20,000 bases of DNA from NCBI RefSeq assembly GCF_038025025.1, contig NW_027117353.1, positions 680,378 to 700,377 of the forward strand, given 5' to 3'. Shown here piece after piece: positions 10,710 to 20,000 of the stretch. Each line of letters starts with the position of its first letter. The first letter of the stretch is position 1. The translations under genes were made by a program, and so were the position numbers. The stretch is from Phyllosticta citribraziliensis (Eukaryota). Under the pieces are notes generated by a model. That model had not been told where the DNA came from and searched no databases. It saw only the letters and a list, made by a program, of their open reading frames with translations.

Positions 10710-13529
10710 ATGATGGAGACGACGACAAACTTCATTGCAGCGGGCGGCAACCGAAATCCATCCGCCGCAGACTGGGACCCGCATGGCTCAGGCCTGCTTG
10801 CCTATGGCGCTGGAAACAACCTTGCCCTCTGGAATCCTCTCGTGAGTCTCTCGGAACTTCCTAAATCTCTTGTCTAGTCTCCACCTTTGGAAGCAATTTT
10901 TTACTCAACTCTATGTTTGCAACGCGACTCGCAACTTGTCCAATCATTCATTCTCGATTGTCATCATTGTCCACTCTTTGGCGGGGCAATTCATCACCGT
11001 TGTCTTCCCTCTTGCTGAGGTCTCTTGTGCCATCTGCTTCTCAAACACGTCTCAGCCTAACGCGCGCAAGGACATACATTACCGCGGCTGCACCGCGCTA
11101 CTCTCTGGTCACACCAAACCTATCAACGTTGTCAAATTCTTCCGCGGGTCAAGAGATCAGAGGACCATTCTGCTCACCGGAGGTGCCGACAGTAGCATCA
11201 GGATTTGGGCCAGCAGTGATTCATCAGCCAACGGATTCCAGCAGAAGGATGTATTGGCCGCGCATTCAGCATCCATCAACTGCATAGCTACCCTACCAGA
11301 TTCCGACGTCTTCATCTCTGGAGCCGCAGATGCTACGATCAAAGTCTGGAGGCTTGCCACCTCTGCGGATGAGTCGTTTCAAACAACTCTCCTCCAGGTA
11401 CGCCCCTCCACTTGTGCCTTCGACGCGACTGGCGCCGACAAGTAACCCATGTCTAGACGATCGACCTTCGCAAAAAACCCAAAACTGCATACTTCCCTCT
11501 CTCAATATCTCTTGCTCGCCTGTCTACTTCAACTTTGGTGTTTGCCTCTGCTGGCACAAAAAACTACATCCAAATCTATGCCCAAGACAGCAATGGCAAT
11601 TTCATCAATGCTGCCACGCTGAAAGGACACGAAGACTGGATCAGGTCGCTCAATTTCACGCACGAGAATCCTTCGGTGGCATCAGACTTGCTGCTTGCAT
11701 CAGCTAGCCAGGACAAATTCATTCGCCTGTGGCGATTTCACGCTGGCGAAACGTTGCCGGAAGTCAGTCGCGCAGCCGACAACCCCGCGCTGGGCGCGTT
11801 GGGAAAGAGTTTGCACAACAAAGCCCACCGGATAGATGACGCTGATGGAGCCCCTTACACCATCACCTTCGAGGCCCTTCTGGTTGGTCATGAAGACTGG
11901 ATCTACTCGGCTCAGTGGAGGCTTTCGCAAGCTCCGACATCTGAGAATGGCGCTTCAACACAGACTCTCCAGCTTCTCACTGCATCTGCCGACAACTCGC
12001 TAGCCATCTGGTCACCAGATCCGCTCTCTGGTATTTGGGTGAGCACAGCGCGGCTTGGTGAAATATCTGCGATAAAGGGCGCAACCACGGCCACAGGATC
12101 AACAGGTGGCTTCTGGATTGGACTGTGGTCTCCCGACGGAAGCTCTGTGACTTCTCTTGGGCGGACTGGCTCATGGCGTCTTTGGAGCTACCACGCGGAG
12201 GAAGACAGGTGGACACCTCGAGTCGCCGTGTCGGGTCACGTCCGCGCCGTCAAAGACCTCTCTTGGAGTCCTGATGGATCGTACCTGTTGTCAACATCAT
12301 CAGACCAGACCACAAGACAGTGGGCGCAATGGAAGCGAGACAGGGGCAATCCTCTCGCATCTTACCACGAATTCTCGCGGCCACAAATCCACGGCTACGA
12401 CCTCAATTGCCTGGCGACACTTTCACCTCTTCGATTCCTCTCCGGAGCAGACGAGAAGCTTCTCCGCGTATTCGATCAGCCTGCTTCCGTCGCTGAGCTG
12501 CTCGAAAACTTGTGCGGTGTCACTCCCCAGGGCGAGAAATCAGCACTCCCAGACGCTGCCAATATCCCTGTACTCGGCCTCAGCAACAAAGCTATCGATA
12601 ACACGGCAGGAGATGCGGAGGCTGAAAACGGAGGAGCTGAATCGGCCGAAGAACTCGCTGAGAAACCGACGAAAGGCCTTTCTCTCACCCACCCTCCCCT
12701 TGAGGAACACCTGAGTCGACATCTGCTGTGGCCCGAGCATGAGAAGCTTTACGGGCACGGTTACGAGATAAATTGCGTTGCTGCGACACACGACGGGGCC
12801 CTGGTCGCTACTTCATGCCGCGCCACATCTGTTGACCATGCGGCAATTCGTCTCTACGAAACTGCAACGTGGCGGCAGGTGGCCCAAAAAGAATTGAGCA
12901 AGACCACTAGTGAGCCAACCATGAAGCTACATTCTTTGACGGTGACCGGGCTTGAATTTTCCCCAGGAGACAGCAGGTATCTTCTCAGTGTTGGCCGAGA
13001 CCGCGTGTTCGGCTTGTGGGAAAGAGACGAAGACGAGTCAAAAGGATACAAGCTGTTGCACTCGCAGGACAAGGCCCATTCGCGAATGCTTTTGGGTGTT
13101 TCATGGGCGCCACTGGTGGAAGACAACAAGGTGTTCGCCACTGCAGGACGCGATTTGAAGATCAAGTTGTGGAGGCTTGCGGAGACCGACGGCAAGACCG
13201 CGACATCAAACATTGCGACAGTACCGGCTACCGCTCCCGTCACGGCTCTCTCATTCTGTCCCGTAGTTACCGGCTCGGAGAAGCAAGTCTTGATGGCATA
13301 CGGGACTGAGAAGGGAGCCATCAGCTTGGTCGGGTTTAGCCTGGAGGCCTTGTCGAAGGGAGAGATCGATGTTAGACCGCTGTCGACCGAGATCCTGGCA
13401 GATGATGTGGTGCCGAGTGATGCAATCACTTCGCTGGCTTGGAGGCCCACGAGCATAGTCGATGGGCAGTTGGAGCTGGCGGTCAGCAGCGACGACGGAA
13501 GCGTGAGGATCTTCGGAGTGAGCTTTTAG
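10710..13529 (+). CDS. ELP2: Elongator complex subunit 2 (WD40 repeats), ~843 aa; exons 10710-10841, 11071-11397, 11457-13529
   Basis: Elp2 motifs FIAAGGNRNPSAADW, LKGHEDWIRSL, LLASASQDKFIRLW, FEALLVGHEDWI, HEFSRPQIHGYDLNC, SGADEKLLRVF, LWPEHEKLYGHGYEI. Introns 10842-11070 (GTGAGT..CTAAC..AAG) and 11398-11456 (GTACGC..TAG). Confidence 0.96.
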
Positions 13530-13807
13530 CTTGTCTTCGAGGGCGAATCATTGTGAAAGGCAAGTCCGGATTATCTGTATCTCACCGAGCTCATCCACAG
13601 GGACATAGATGTCTGGAGCTTCTTGTTAACGGGAGGCAAAAGCACAATAGAGATTCCAATCCAACAACTGCAGGACGTTTGCACGACAAGTTCAACTCAA
13701 GTTACAGTCGCACCGTCTTAATTTCGGACAATGAACAGCCCATATCGACAATTTGAATCTGCAGTCCGCCTGAAAATCCCGGGAGCTCGAAATGTTCGCC
13801 AAACAAT

Positions 13808-15358
13808 CTAGTGCCACTTGAATGCCGAACCTGGGTGGTCGTCCCGCAACCTTGGCCCCTTTCCATCAGCATAGTAATTTTCTCTCGTCGTTGCAGCTGG
13901 ATAATCCTCCCAAAACACACCACGCTTCCGCAGCTCGGGCCAGAGCCACTTGATGATGTCCTCAAAGTCGCCCGGATTGATCGCGTATGGGATGTTGAAG
14001 CCGTCGACCCCTGCCTCGTCTACCCAGGTTTGCAGAATGTCTGCCACTGTTTTCGGCGACCCAATGGCTTTCGGGAGTGGACCACCGACTGCCAGCTCCT
14101 CCGCTACGCGCTTCTTTGTCCACCGGGCGCCGTCAGTTCCAGGGACTGTGGCGCTCCAGCAATTGACCATGGACTGAATCCCTGGGGTACCTGTAAAGCG
14201 CAAGTCCTCGTCGTCTGAAAATTGGCCAAAATCGGTGCCAGTCCAGCCAGCAGCCAGTACCAGCGACCCCTCCAGATCAGCATACGACATGTACTCTTCA
14301 TACTTGGCGCGCGCCTTCTCGTCCGTTTCATCCACGATGATCAACATGCCAATGATCAGTTTGGGCGTGCCTGGGCCCCGACCGTTCTTCGCTGCGAGGG
14401 CTCGGATGTCGTCGACTTGCCCGCGCACGGTGTGTGTCTCGAAGCCGGTCAAGAACATGCACTCTGCATATTTGGTTGCAAAGGCCTTGCCAGCAGGGCT
14501 CGCGCCTGCTTGAAAGATGGATGGCGACCGTTGGATCGAAGGCTCGTTGGTAAAAGGACCCGCAACCTTGAAGTACTTTCCCTCGTGGTCGACACGACGC
14601 ACGCGGCCCGGGACCGTGAAAACGCCCTTCTTTGCGTCTTTGACCACAGCGTCATCTTTCCAGGAACTTTCCCACAACTTCAAGGTCACCTGGAGGTACT
14701 CTTCGGCAATCACGTACCGCTCGTCGTGCGGAATCTGGGTGTCCAGGTTGAGGTTTCGCGCGGCGCTTTCGAGGTAGCTGGTCACGACGTTCCACGCAAT
14801 CCGGCCCTTTGTCAGGTGGTCCAGCGTCGAGTACTTTCGCGCCAAAAGAAATGGTGGCTCATACGTCGTCGAAGCCGTCACTCCGAAGGAGAGATGCTTT
14901 GTCACTGCAGCCATCGCTGCGATTGGCATCCTATGACGTTTAACTCTGCAAACAGGGCTACACCCGGAAAGAAGTCATCTCACAATGGATCCGAAATGGG
15001 GAACTGAGCGGCACCTGGGAGCGCAGAATCAATGTTCCCCGGGCCCTTGTACACATCGTATACGCCCAGCATGTCGGCGATGAAGACACCATGGAATTTT
15101 CCTGCCTCGAGGATCTTGGCAAGGTCGGTCCAGTATTCGATGTCTGTGTATTCTGCTGTTCTGTTTTTCGGATGGCTCCAGAGACCTTGGCATGTTACCA
15201 CGTTGTCCGAACTGACTAGCCTGAGGCTGCATACCTGCTGCGACATGTCCCGGGGAGCTCATCGAGAAGGCGTTCATGATCCATTGTTTCTTTGGAGCCG
15301 ATCCATTTGTCGATCCATTGGCCTCGACGCCGTTTTTCTCATTACTCAAGTCAGCCAT
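13808..15358 (-). CDS. FMN-dependent luciferase-like monooxygenase, NtaA/SnaA/DszA family, ~482 aa; exons 15358-15235, 15185-14984, 14930-13808
   Basis: GLWSHP..YWTDLAKILEAGKFHGVFIADMLGVYDVY, DPLMPIAAMAAVTKHLSFGVTASTTYEPPFLLARKYSTLDHLTKGRIAWNVVTS, QAGASPAG..FA, GVDGFNI. Introns 15234-15186 and 14983-14931 give a 1449-nt frame. Confidence 0.92.
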
Positions 15359-15426
15359 TTTGCAGAGAAGACTTGCGCGCGTTGTCGCGGTTTTTGTTGA
15401 GCTGTCTCTGGACTCTCGTCGCCGTT

Positions 15427-16105
15427 TTATCAGACCCGGCGCCAATGATTTCCTCAACTTGACTTTGCTTCCGTCCCGCTCAAACCTTGCTGCGAGGGCA
15501 CGTCATTGCAGCTTGTCATCACATCACTTTTCGATCACCTTCGTGGTCGCAAGTCAGCGTTCTCGCCTCAAGCATCACGATCGCCGCCGGGACATGGTTC
15601 AAAGAAGCTGTGCGGGATGTTCGCTCCGCTCCGCTGTTGGCGCCGGCAGCCCAGACCAAACTCTGGGTCTACTGACACAACACCAACTTTGTGCATTCGC
15701 AACTTTTTCGCGGACCCTGAAATGAAACTACGCAAGCGGCGATTTGCTGTCCGCGTACAGTCTTCTCTCAAGCTTTCGATTTGGCTCTCATCGCGACGCA
15801 TTGCCGGAAATGGAAGGTAAGGCATTTTGTCGTGCCGCTGATTCTGGGGTGTTGGATGATACCATGGAGCTGATTATGAGACAATATCTGCTGGCGCAAG
15901 TTTTCCCTGGTCCTTCCTTCGATAGCGATAGGACAGATGCAATCAGGAGCAAGATAGGAAACTTTTTTCGACGACTAAACGAATCTGCACTTGCAGCTGG
16001 AGGGCCCATCTTTCTGGATACACGACTATATTTGCACACATGCTCGAGATCGACAATAACGATAGAATTGATGTCTATGGCATCATTGTGGCTCTATCTC
16101 GATAG
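15427..16105. promoter_or_regulatory. Cluster of HGATAR sites (candidate AreA/NIT2 nitrogen-control elements) in the monooxygenase-transporter divergent intergenic region
   Basis: CGATAG at 15920, 15926, 16060 and 16100; AGATAG at 15952; AGATAG on - at 16094-16099; TGATAA on - at 15427-15432. Confidence 0.45.
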
Positions 16106-16215
16106 CGCCTGCGGTGCTTAATGCTAGGGAAGCCGGGAAACAGGTGGACAGTCACGGGCCCTCTGGCTGTTTTTCTCGACTTTTCAACCATCACATATCG
16201 TACCGACCACACGAA

Positions 16216-18727
16216 ATGGCAGAAACAGTCCCACCACCCCTCTCGCAGGCCGTAGGATATGGAATCGTCGTTGGGCTTGGAGCTGCCTTCGCCATTGGTG
16301 AGTCCTGGATCCCACAACCTGCGAAACTACTGTACACTATTGCTGACAACCTAGGCATGGTATTTGTGACCAGAGCTTTGAAAAACTCATTCGGCGAAGA
16401 CAATCGAACAACGGAGACGTACGTATGAGCTCCCTCGTTGCTTTGAAATCAACGGGGAATAAATGACGGCGACAGGTTCATGGTTGCAAACCGCACCGTC
16501 GGCACTGGCCTCACTGCATCGGCCGTGATCAGCTCTTGGACTTTTACTTCCGCACTTCTCGGCGCTCCTTACCTGACGTACTGGTACGGAATCGCATTAC
16601 CCATTTGGTGGGCCAATGGCCAGTCCGCGATGATCTGTTTCTTCGCCTTCCTCGCGATCCAGGCAAAATTGAAGGCGCCCAACGCGCACACGCTGACAGA
16701 GCTGATTCGCACGCGCTATGGAACCGTAGCTCACATCACTTGGATCGTCATGGCGTTGCTGAACAACATATTTAATTTCACGAGCATGCTCGTCGGCGCC
16801 AGTACGGCCGTGAGCGCCTTGACTGGAGTCGACATTGTTGCCAGCACGTACTTGCTGCCGCTTGGAGTCGTCATCTACACCTACTTCGGTGGTCTCCGCG
16901 CTACTTTCTTGACTGACTATGTCCACACCTTCATCATCATGATCGTCCTGGTTTGGTTCTCGATCAAGGTGATTGTAGTAAAGGAGATTGGATCACTGGG
17001 CGATCTCTACGACGCTGTTACCGAGCTATCGGGCAATGGCACGCCTGTTGAGGGGAATTACAAAGGAGACTACTTGACCATGACAAGCAGAGAGTCTCTT
17101 CTTTGGAATCATTCACATTGTGTTGAGTGCCCAAGGAACCCCAACCCGAGATGAAGGTTTGCTGATTGCGGTATAGAACAAACTACGGGATCGTGATCAT
17201 GGATACCGGCTTTTGGCAAAAGGTGAGTTTGTGAAGGAGGTCAGGGCCGACGAAGGTGCGAAATCAAAGGGTATATTGTATTAAGTAGGTAAGTCGGGTA
17301 GTGATATCGTCCTAGACGACGCCCGCAGCAGCACCACGCTAGACTATCTATGGACTAGCGCCTTAGCTATCTAACGACTCTACTGCCTACTAGAGACTCC
17401 ATCCTCTATTAGTTTAGCTAATCTATTTAGAGACTAGCTTATTAATACTATAAGGGGTTTTCTACTAATATTACTACTATAGTCTTAAGATATATTCTTA
17501 AAGGGAATATATACTTTACTATTCTATAAGTATTTAGAACTATTATTAGGCTTAGTATACTAGCTCTAGAGTAGATACCTATATTTCTAATATATTTAAG
17601 AGTAAGCTATATTTATTTTATAAATATTCTAAAACTAATAATAAGTAATAAATAATAAATATAGAGGTAAGTAGAGGTCTAGTCCTTTTATATATAGCTT
17701 AAGTAGTTACTAGAAAAGGGGGTACTATAGCTATTCTATTAATTCTATTTATAGTATATACCTCTATTATATTAGCTCTTCTTATTACTATAAGCTCTAT
17801 TATCTTATTTAATATCTATAGTAAGTATATTAATAAGAATCTAATAGACTAAGAACTTATTTACTAGTTATATATTAGTATTATTAGTTCTATACTATTT
17901 ATTTTATTACTTATTACTACTTTCTATAAAGGTAGTATTAATCTTAACTAGACTATTTATATAATTAGTATTATTATATATTTAGAAACCTTCTCTACCT
18001 ACTTTATACTACTCTAAAAAGACTAGATAGAGGCCGCTACTATTATTAGCCCTATATATAGTATAGTCTATAGTTTTACTATCTAGATAGGTATTATATA
18101 CTACTTTTCTAGTAAAATTATAATTATATTAACTAGTAAGACTCTATCTTATATATATACCTATTTAATATCTATATTTATCCTACTATTTATTTTAGTT
18201 ATAATATTACTTATATAGCTAAGTAAGTTTAACTAGAATAAGTTTATAGAGATTAAAAGAGTTAATCCTAACTATTTAATATTAGTTATAAAATTTAACT
18301 ATAATATATACTTTAGCCCTAAATAAGTAGCTTTTATAAAAAGAATAAGTTAATAGGTAGCCCTCTAGGTACTTATTATTTTTTTTAGCTAGATTATTCT
18401 ATAGCTACTACTAATATATAGTATAAAGTTTATTTTTTTAAAAAAGGTCTATATTAACTAGTTATTATATATCTACCTTATTATTAACTAACTATATACT
18501 AGGTCTTTATTATTTAGGTTATTATATTACTTTTCTAGCTATAATTTACTTTATTTATTATAAACTTTTACCTATTAATTAATAGAGGTATCTAGAAGAT
18601 CCTACTTATTTTAAAAAGTACTAAAGAACTCTATATTAAAAATAGTTCTAAAAGTAAAAAGATTATTAATATAGAAGATAATATAAGAATTAATATTATA
18701 GATATTATTAAAAAGACTAAAGATTAA
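16216..18727 (+). pseudogene. DUR3: DUR3/UreA-like urea/polyamine transporter (SSS family) pseudogene: 5' half readable with one frameshift, 3' half RIP-destroyed. Exons 16216-16297, 16355-16418, 16476-17121, 17177-17222, 17455-17601, ~17646/17652-18446, 18503-~18727
   Basis: 5' part reads PPPLSQAVGYGIVVGLG, FMVANRTVGTGLTASAVISSW, KAPNAHTL.E.IRTRYG, GGLRATFLTDYVHT, GNYKGDYLTMTS, NYGIVIMDTGFWQK. The 3' part holds one frame per exon with only TAA/TAG stops and de-RIPs to VPGYILGG.YFAIPWAFGT, PIFPTYP, EVSGGLVLPY.AQAVAGKGG, AVSSIISFDIYG.YIN, ILWPLPMYG, NFYPLIDGG. The 3' end is approximate, and orthology to yeast DUR3 versus a paralog is not established. Confidence 0.9.
17231..17410. mobile_element. 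Possible ~180-bp insertion (solo-LTR/MITE-like remnant) in DUR3 intron 4
   Basis: Intron 17223-17454 is 232 nt versus about 45-57 nt for the gene's other introns. AGTTT direct repeats lie at 17226-17230 and 17411-17415, and removing the insert plus one copy leaves a 47-nt intron. Ends GTGAAGGA..TCCTCTATT are only imperfectly inverted. Confidence 0.3.
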
Positions 18728-19866
18728 TTCTATTACTTTAAATATTTTATTTATAAGTAGTTAGTCTAGAGCTAGTTATTTATAAGATAATTTAATAGCT
18801 ATCTTACTAATTAAAAAATTTTTAATAGATAAGAAGTAGTAGATAATAAGTATTAAGTTATTATTAAGCTATATATTAAATATAGTACTACTTCTAAGGC
18901 TCTACTTATAACTATATTTTAATAATTAACTTAAAGGTTATAATATTAATATATATTTTAATAAAAATAATATAAACTCTTCTTTATTCTATATTTATTT
19001 ATTTAGCTATATATAAATTTTATAAAATTATAAGTTCTATAATATAAATAGTATCTTAAATATAACTATTAACTAATAAAAAATTACTTAACTAGTAGTT
19101 ACTAATTCTAAGATAGAAGATAAGTATAAAATCTATAATATAATTTAGTAGCTTATTATAGATCTTAAGGTATTAGACTAGATTAATATAGACTTATTTA
19201 AATAGGCCCTTTTAATAAATTATAAGGGCTATAAGCTACTAATTAAAGTCTATTACTTATTTTAGAAGTCCTATTTAAAAGAAAATTTTAAAATAGAAGA
19301 CTTTAAAGCTCTTTTATTTTTAAATTAAAGTTTATACTTTTTCTACTTATATTCTAAATAGAGTAATAATAAGTAAGTAGTTAGATTTATATTATTTAAG
19401 TACTTATTAAAATAGAATCTTTTATTATTTAAAAAGAAAGATATTTTTAAATATCTAAATATAAATTAAGTCTTTAATCCTAACTAGATTAATATTAGAG
19501 TTTTAAAAGACTAGAAAAAAGAGTATATTTTAAATTATAGCTTTAAATATAAAAACCTAGTAAAGATCTAGAAAATATAGCTAGCTTAGCTTATTAATAT
19601 AGTTTAAAAGTATCTAGTTTTAAGGAGTATTTCTATAGAGGCCCTCTATATTATAATTAGCTATAGTTATAAGAACTAAGTAGGAATTAATATTAATTAT
19701 ATAATATTAAATAGACTATAAAAAGATAGAGCCTTAAATACTTTTAAAATTTCTATAAGACTAGCTATTATAATTAAGTATATTATATATTTAATATATA
19801 AGATTAATAAATAGTATTTATAAGTAGATATATTCTATATTATAAGAGTAGATCCTATTATAATAA
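17402..19866. other. RIP-saturated AT-rich terminal block
   Basis: By-eye scan found no CpA or TpG after position 17401, one CpG (18035-18036) and a large excess of TpA. This is the classic repeat-induced point mutation signature. A partly mutated transition zone spans ~17270-17401. Confidence 0.93.
19044..19866 (+). pseudogene. RIP-destroyed HET-domain (heterokaryon incompatibility, PF06985-like) gene, truncated by the telomere
   Basis: One uninterrupted frame from 19044 with only TAA/TAG stops. De-RIP reading gives CxxC (19125-19136), DPDWID..LKDWK..C..HG.KCENP.KIW..RPAWLIDV..KCLVPG..YVAISY and I.ERYLWVDALCI (observed AAA TAG TAT TTA TAA GTA GAT ATA TTC TAT ATT, 19809-19841), the HET hallmark motifs YxALSY and YLWVDALCI. 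The start (ATA from ATG at 19044) is inferred. Confidence 0.8.
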
Positions 19867-19901
<35 letters not shown>

Positions 19902-20000
19902 GGTTAGGGTTAGGGTTAGGGTTAGGGTTAGGGTTAGGGTTAGGGTTAGGGTTAGGGTTAGGGTTAGGGTTAGGGTTAGGGTTAGGGTTAGGGTTAGGGT
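19867..20000 (+). repeat. Telomeric (TTAGGG)n array, 22 units including one TTTAGGG variant
   Basis: Tandem TTAGGG from 19867 to the window end with the G-rich strand running towards the end. Extra T at 19879. Confidence 0.99.

Noticed and set aside
12854..13456. 200-aa minus-strand ORF
   Set aside because: Antisense shadow of ELP2.
14222..15007. 261-aa plus-strand ORF
   Set aside because: Antisense shadow of the monooxygenase.
16480..17154. 224-aa ORF as a complete small transporter
   Set aside because: It is exon 3 of the DUR3-like pseudogene, and its tail results from a frameshift and read-through into an intron.
17402..19866. AT-rich block as a degenerate transposon, centromere or mitochondrial insertion
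   Set aside because: It decodes in frame as DUR3 exons and a HET gene with spliceosomal introns. No RT, integrase or transposase motifs were seen, and CpA/TpG loss indicates RIP.
1..20000. tRNA, rRNA, CRISPR array or telomere-linked helicase
   Set aside because: None recognisable. The locus is eukaryotic and the only long tandem array is the telomere.

Overview
The window is the right-hand end of a filamentous ascomycete chromosome: short GT-AG introns with CTRAY-like branch sites, and a terminal (TTAGGG)n array at 19867-20000. Intact genes are the 3' end of RVS167 (+), an F-box protein (-), a UIM-containing TDP1-like phosphodiesterase (-), URM1 (-) head-to-head with ELP2 (+), and an NtaA/SnaA/DszA-family monooxygenase (-) divergent from a DUR3-like urea/polyamine transporter (+). 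The most striking part is the terminal ~2.5 kb. It looks like featureless AT-rich DNA with no ORFs, but it carries a saturating RIP signature (no CpA/TpG found by eye, one CpG). Reversing C>T/G>A changes shows that it consists of host genes rather than transposons: the whole 3' half of the DUR3-like gene with exon/intron structure preserved, followed by a HET-domain gene cut mid-domain directly by the telomere. This suggests a broken and healed chromosome end with RIP-type destruction of ordinary genes next to the telomere. All calls are by eye, with no database searches.
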